A stretch of 64,000 bases of DNA from the human T2T-CHM13v2.0 reference genome, Homo sapiens. Numbering within the stretch: the first letter of the stretch is position 1; each line of letters begins with the position of its first letter. Under the pieces are notes generated by a model. The model had not been told where the DNA came from. It searched no databases and was given only the letters and a program-made list of their open reading frames with translations. Shown here piece by piece: positions 57,433-64,000 of this stretch. The translations under genes and the position numbers were made by a program. The stretch is from NCBI RefSeq assembly GCF_009914755.1, contig NC_060931.1. One strand, 5' to 3'.

Positions 57433-59450
57433 AAGTGTCTGTTCATATCCTTTGCCCACTTTTTGATCGGTTGTTTGTTTTTTTCTTGTAAGTTTGTTTG
57501 AGTTCTTTGTAGATTCTGGATATTAGCCCTTTGTCAGATGAGTAGATTGCAAAAATTTTCTCCCATTCTGTAGGTTGCCTGTTCACTCTGATGGTAGTTT
57601 CCTTTGCTGTGCAGAAGCTCTTTAGTTTAATTAGATCCCATTTGTCAATTTTGGCTTTTGTTGCCATTGCTTTTGGTGTTTTACAAATGAAGTCCTTGCC
57701 CATGCCTATGTCCTGAATGGTATTGCCTAGATTTTCTTCTAGGGTTTCTATGGTTTTAGGTCTAACATGTAAGTCTTTAATCCATCTTGAATTAATTTTT
57801 GTATAAGGTGGAAGGAATGGATCCAGTTTCAGCTTTCTACATATGGCTAGCCAGTTTTCCCAGCACCATTTATTAAATAGGGAATCCTTTACCCATTTCT
57901 TGTTTTTGTCAGGTTTGTCAAAGATCTTGTTTTTGTCAGGTTTTGTTTGGTTGTAGATGTGTGGTATTATTTCTGAGGGCTCTGTTCTGTTCCATTGGTC
58001 TATATCTCTGTTTTGGTACCAGTACCATGCTGCTTTGGTTACTGTAGCCTTGTAGTATAGTTTGAAGTCAGGTAGCGTGATGCCTCCGGCTTTGTTCTTT
58101 TGGCTTAGGATTGTCTTGGCAATGCCAGCTCTTTTTTGGTTCCATATGAACTTTAAAGTAGTTTTTTCCACTTCTGTGAAGAAAGTCATTGCTAGCTTGA
58201 TGAGGATGGCATTGAATCTATAAATTACCTTGGGCAGTATGGCCATTTTCACAATACTGATTCTTCCTATCTGTGAGCATGGAATGTTCTTCCATTTGTT
58301 TGTGTCCTCTTTTATTTCATTGAGCAGTGGTTTGTAGTTCTCCTTGAAGAATTCCTTCACACCCCCTTGTAAGTTGGATTCCTAGGTATTTTATTCTCTT
58401 TGAAGCAATTGTGAATGGGAATTCATTCATGATTTGGCTCTCTGTTTGTCTGTTATTGGTGTATAAGAATGCTTGTGATTTTTGTACATTGATTTTGTAT
58501 CCTGAGACTTTGCTGAAGTTGCTTATCAGCTTAAGCAGATTTTGGGCTGAGACGATGGGGTTTTCTAAATGTACAATCATGTCATCTGCAAACAGGGACA
58601 ATTTGACTTCCTCTTTTCCTAATTGAATACCTTTTATTTCCTTCTCCTGCCTAATTGCCCTGGCCAGAACTTCCAACACTATGTTGAATGGCACTGGCCA
58701 TCAGAGAAATGCAAATCAAAACAACAACGAGATACCATCTCACACCAGCTAGAAAGGTGATCATTAAAAAGTCAGGAAACAACAGGTGCTAGAGAGGATG
58801 TGGAGAAATAGGTACACTTTTATACTGTTGGTGGGACTATAAACTAGTTCAACCATTGTGGAAGACAGTGTGGTGATTCCTCAAGGATCTAGAACTAGAA
58901 ACACCATTTGACCCAGCCATCCCATTACTGGGTATATACCCAAAGGATTATAAATCATGCTGCTATAAAGACACATGCACATGTATGTTTATTGTGGCAC
59001 TATTCAGAATAGCAAAGACTTGGAACCAACCCAAATGTCCATCAATGATAGACTGGATTAAGAAAATGTGGCACATATACACATGGAATACTATGCAGCC
59101 ATAAAAAGGATGAGTTCATGTCCTTTGTAGGGACATGGATGAAGCTGGAAACCATCATTCTCAGCAAACTATCACAAGGACAAAAAAACCAAACACCACA
59201 TGTTCTCACTCATAGGTGGGAATCGAACAATGAGAACACTAGGACACAGGAAGGGGAACACCACACAACAGGGCCTGTTGTGGGTTGGGGGGGAGGGGGG
59301 AGGGATAGCATTAGGAGACATATGTAATGTAAATGATGAGTTAATGGGTGCAGCACACCAACATGGCACATGTATACATATGTAACAAACCTGCACGTTG
59401 TGCACATATACCCTAGAATTTAAAGTATAATAAAAAAAAGAAAAAAAATG
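57433..59450 (+). mobile_element. L1PA4/5-like, 5'-truncated with 5' inversion (57433-58690 antisense; 58691-59450 sense)
   Basis: Inverted ORF2 block, then sense 3' end with G-rich tract and poly(A). TSD TTAAAAAGAAAAGT / TTAAAAAAGCAAGT. Confidence 0.96.
57443..58694 (-). pseudogene. L1 ORF2p fragment (end of RT domain with LFADDM, then C-terminal region), frameshifted
   Basis: ORFs 58317-58694 ([16 protein letters not shown]) and 57443-58360 match L1 ORF2p. No EN domain and no promoter. Confidence 0.95.
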
Positions 59451-60059
59451 TTAAAAAAGCAAGTTGAAATAATAAGGAAGGCCATGATGTCCCAAAGACT
59501 ATTTGTTAAAGGTGACATCACCTAAAATAGCTAGGTAGGGAACTAGAGAACACCACCCCACCACAAAAGCAATAAATAAGTTGGCAAAAACAGAATTAAA
59601 TATTTTAGAATTCTAGAATCTAATAACAAAACTTACAACAAGCAGGGGAATGTTGAATGAAGAAAGCAGCAGCTGGATTTCGATAAGAGAGCACTGTGGT
59701 ATCATTCCTTACCCACTTACATCCTCTAATCCCCAGCTTGACAGTTGCCAAGAAGATGGCAGTCAGCACTTTTTTATGCAGGTTGCTCTAACCAGAGGGT
59801 GCGTGCAGGACTTAGTTTCAAATAATTGTGTGTTTTGATCTGTCTTGTGGCTCCCTGAGCTATCAGCTCCAGGGATAGCCCTTGTTTTGCCTGCCTCAAA
59901 GATTCCCCAGAAAGGAAGTGGTTTGCTTTAGTGGTGTTTGCAGAATGAATTTAAAGGAAAATGAGACAAGAAATGATATACATGGTAAGCAATAGAGAGA
60001 ATGAAAATATTTGGAAGGAAAAGTCTGGGGAAGGAGGTAGCTGAGAGAGTGGGCTTTAA

Positions 60060-60960
60060 AATGTAAATTAAAACTACCAAAAGATATCCACTCATACTTG
60101 TGAGGATGGCTATTACTAAAAAGTCAAAAGATAACAAGTGTCATTCAGGGTATGAAGAAAAGAGAACCATTGTACACTGTTGTTGGAAATTTAAATTGGT
60201 ACAGCCATTGAAAACAGTATAGATATTCCTCAAAAAATTAAAAATGGAACTACCACATGATCCAATCCTCTTCTTGGTGTGTAATCAAAGGAAAAAAATA
60301 ACAGTTTCAAAGAGATATTTGCACTCCCATGTTCATTGCATCGTTACTCACAATAGCCACTCACAAAAAGACCAATAGCCTAAGCATCCATCAACAGATG
60401 AATGGATGAAGACAATTATGTATGTGTTATATATTCCTTTACATATATATTATGTGTGTGTATATATATGTATATAAAAATATTACTTAGCCTTGAAAAA
60501 TAAGAGAGATCCTGCCATTTGTGATAAATGAGTTTACCTTGAGGACATTATGCTAAGTAAAATAAGTCAGATGTAGAAAAGCAAATACTGTATTATCTCA
60601 GTTATATAAGAAACATAAAAAGAAAAAATAAATATATAGTATAAGATATTTGAATGGGTGTTATCAGAGGCTGAATGGTTAAGGGGAAAAGGGTATAAAG
60701 CAACAGGTATAAAATGAATAAGTACTAAAAACCTAATGCACAATAGGGTGACTATAGTCAATTATAATGTATTCTATACTTGAAATTTGCTAAAACAGTA
60801 GATCTCAGGTGTTCTTGTCATACAAACACAAAAAATAGTGACTGTGATCTGGTGTGGTAGATATGTTAATTAGTTTAATTGTATCATTTCAAATGTATAC
60901 ATAAATCAAAACATCACATTTTGCACTCTAAATGTATGTAATTATTACTTGTTAATTATA
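60060..60960 (+). mobile_element. L1MA-type 3' end (older L1M 5' fragment ~59480-60060 precedes it)
   Basis: GATGGCTATTACTAAAAAGTCAAAAGATAACAAGTG...TTGAAATTTGCTAAAACAGTAGATCTCAGGTGTTCT. Confidence 0.9.
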
Positions 60961-61399
60961 CCCTAATAACGATGTGAGAAAAACACCCATGATACCATGG
61001 ACCCTTGAAACTCACCTGCATGCTCATCAATGGACACATGCTAGGATTACAGTTATGTGCTACCGATCCCAACCTAAATTTCAACGTGAGATTGGAGGTG
61101 ACAAATATCCAAACCACATCTTTGATGATACAGCTGGACATTAAAGACATTTCCAAAAATAAAAAACAAAATCACTCTGTTCATTATATTATTTGTTTGG
61201 AAGTAATAATTATCTTTCATAAATTCTGTTATTATTTTAACATTTAGTGGGCTTCTGTCATTTAAAATAAGCTAAAAATTTATATCTTAAGGTCTCTAAT
61301 AAGGTAAATGTTGATAGATACAATCTAAACAAATAAAATGGATCTGTGGATTTTAATAATTTTAAGGACTTTAAAGGAGAATTCAGACCAAAAAGATTA

Positions 61400-62045
61400 A
61401 AAACTGCTGATATAAATTAATTTTCAAGCAAGATCTATTTACAATGTAAGTTTCCTAATTAATGTCCATGGTATACCTCTATTTTTATTTAAATAATGTT
61501 TTATGACTTTGAACAATATTTTATCATTTTTCCCAACAGTTGTGTGCTTTTTGAGAGATTTTTTTCTTAATTTTTTTCTGTTTCTGTTACAAACTGTATT
61601 TTTTAAATTTTATAATTTCTCTTTGTTACCAATATATAGAAATATAACTGAATTTTATGTACTGCCAATCCAGCAAATGTCCTAAGCTCAATTATAACTT
61701 TGACAATGGTCTTTACATTATTTTGGATGTTTGTACATAGGCAAAAATTAAATATTATAGTCAAAAATGACATATTTTTACAACTTTTTGATGCTTATAA
61801 ATTTATTTCTTACTCTGACATAATTACATTAACTAGGATTTTCAGTAGAATGCTAAGCAAACATATGAGAGTGCCTCACATTGTGCTTTATATTAAAAGA
61901 AAGTTTCAAAACCTCTGCATTAATTATGATATTTACTGCAGGCATTTATTCCCAGGTTTATATTGTTAAATGAAGTTAATAAATGCCTTCCTACTTTTTA
62001 AAATAATAAGTGAATGCTGAATGTCACCAAATAATTATTCTGCAT
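61400..62045 (-). mobile_element. Diverged antisense L1M ORF2 fragment
   Basis: ATATAGAAATATAACTGAATTTTATGTACTG, AACTAGGATTTTCAGTAGAATGCT. Confidence 0.65.
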
Positions 62046-62295
62046 GATTATAGTCAGGCTTAACTAAGCTATTGCTGTGTTACATATAAAGCCCAAATAC
62101 CATCGTATTACCAGAATAAATAATTATATCTTATATTGCATCATAATTGGGAACGGGAGAAATGAAAAGTTCTAATAATTCTATTATCTATTAATGATAT
62201 TTTTGTGTCTTAAATTTAAAACTTCCCCTCAAAGAATATGCCATGGCAAGGCAACTTTACTCATGATCTCCTACAAATTCCTGCCAGAAAAAAAG

Positions 62296-64000
62296 GAGAG
62301 AGGGCCACACAAGATGGCAAAGTAGGCAGAGACAGGAAGTGCTGCTCCCACCAAGAAAGACCAAGTTATCAAGTAAAACAACGTAAATTAGGCATATCTT
62401 TAGAGAGAAAACACCAAGTGAATGAAGAGGTGACACTGAGACTGAGAAGGGAGGAAGCTAGGAACCTTCATGGGATACCCAAATGCTAGGGCTAGTTCCT
62501 GGACCTGAACAGTTCCTGGGGAAGTGGTGAGTGAGGGGACAGAGGAATAGCCCACTCTCAACATGGACCTCTAGATTCCCAGCTACAGGGCCCCCACACT
62601 CCCTATTGACAGCTGAGCTGACGGGGCATCTGCCTGGGGAGTAGGCAGAGACAGGGCTTCAGCTAACATGGGGCACAGCAGCTTTTGTGTGCAGGGCAGC
62701 TCTGGTGGAGCATGGTCACTGGTACCCATCCCACAGTGGTCCCCATCTCCCTCTGAGAGGCTCTACCCCTAGCTGATTACCAGGCCAGGAAAAAATGAGG
62801 CCAACTTCCCTATGGGACAAAGATGCATCTGTTCTGCAGGGCTTCCTGCCAAACAGCTCCTCCCATGGCCCCTGCCGAGCTGCCCCATAGGAGTTCCTGC
62901 ACAGTGCAGCATCTGATGCACAATGTAAGTGCTTTGCTTCATCCGAGTACTTTCCCAGCAACCTGGGAGCACTTCGGATATCCCAGAACAGCTGGAGCCC
63001 AACCCCAAGCTACAGGCCATCTCAGGGCCCCAGGGCTGCAGTGCACAGCTTGGGAGTGCTGAGCCAAGATTTGTGGCTTGCACTGAAGTGGGATAGGAGC
63101 CGCTACTCTCAGAGCACTTAGGGTAGCAAGAAGTGTGTGTTAAGTGGGTGAGCATAGGAGCAGAGTGTACCTCACTCCACAAGTCCAGTCCAGAAAGGAT
63201 GTAGCCTACCTCCCTGCCACAGCCTTTGCCTGAGGGAGACTTGCAGCCTGGAACGTCTCACGAAAGCAACAGGGATGTGATGCCCATGATTGGGGGATCC
63301 CCACATGGCCCAGGAGTCGGTCTGCTAAGAAGGTCCTCTTCCCCCACCCAGGCCATCCTCTGCAGAGCACGCCTGTGAATGTGAAATAATACAAGAGAGC
63401 TGTATAGCTTAGTAAGTGCCCATTTATCAGCCATTACTCTTACCCAACTACTGGATTGCAGTCCAAACTACAACACCAAAATTATTCAGCTAAGATGCAC
63501 AGCTGTGAAACCAAATGCAAGAATTCGCCCACGCATAAAGATACTATACAGAGCCTCTGAAAGCAGCAAGAAATGAAACCAAATGACTACACTCAACTTA
63601 CATCACAGTTAAAGAAAAACCAGCCCCCTCCCCCAACAATGAGAAAAAATTCAGGGCAAGAACTCTGGCAGTTCAACAAGCCAGAGTATCCCCTAACTTC
63701 AAGATGAGCCTACTAAACCAACAGCAATGGTCATTAACCAGACTGGAATGTCTGAAATGACAGGCATAGAATGCAGAATCTGGATGGCAAGAGTGCTCAT
63801 TGAAATCTGGGAGAAAGGTGAAACACAATCCAAGGAATCCAGTTAAAAAGAATCCAAGAGCTGAAAGATGAAGTAGTAATTCTAAGAAAGAATAAAATTG
63901 AACTTCTGGAACTGAAAAATTCACTATAAGAATCTTATAGCACAATTGGAAGTATTAACAGCAGAATAGACCAAACTGAGGAAAGAATCTCAGAGGCCAA
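62296..64000 (+). mobile_element. L1PB/L1M1-type 5'UTR and start of ORF1 (runs off the window)
   Basis: CAAGATGGC start, GC-rich 5'UTR, ORF1-like ATGAGAAAAAATTCAGGGCAAGAACTCTGGC (~63639) to GAGGAAAGAATCTCAGAG. Confidence 0.85.

Noticed and set aside
57443-58360. 305-aa ORF as a functional gene or novel RT system
   Set aside because: It is an inverted, truncated L1 ORF2 fragment with a frameshift, no EN domain and no promoter.
62300-63400. GC-rich region as a gene promoter/CpG island
   Set aside because: CpG-depleted and continuous with L1 ORF1; it is an old L1 5'UTR.

Overview
This is human (hominid) non-coding, AT-rich genomic DNA, intergenic or deep intronic, and mostly interspersed repeats. 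An Alu carrying all five AluYa5 diagnostic changes points to human. I can support no intact protein-coding gene, RNA gene or CRISPR array. The long ORFs are L1 ORF2 remnants, Alu read-throughs or chance ORFs. The window holds about 12 Alus, many L1 fragments (two with twin-priming inversions), MaLR/ERVL LTRs including one LTR-int-LTR MLT1A-type element, DNA transposons (MER85 piggyBac, Tigger2a, Tigger13a-like, MER58A, MER5A, MER91), MIR/L2 relics and a probable 3'UTR-only retrocopy. I do not see a new multi-gene system. The most unusual signal is a cluster of local templated-copy events between 38.8 and 54.7 kb. It comprises an Alu-to-Alu patch, a patchwork insertion inside an L1 containing a perfect 72-bp foldback, and a 112-bp dispersed duplication. 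A hairpin-bearing 35-bp VNTR lies at about 34 kb. Subfamily names come from recalled consensus sequences, and the boundaries of old elements are approximate.
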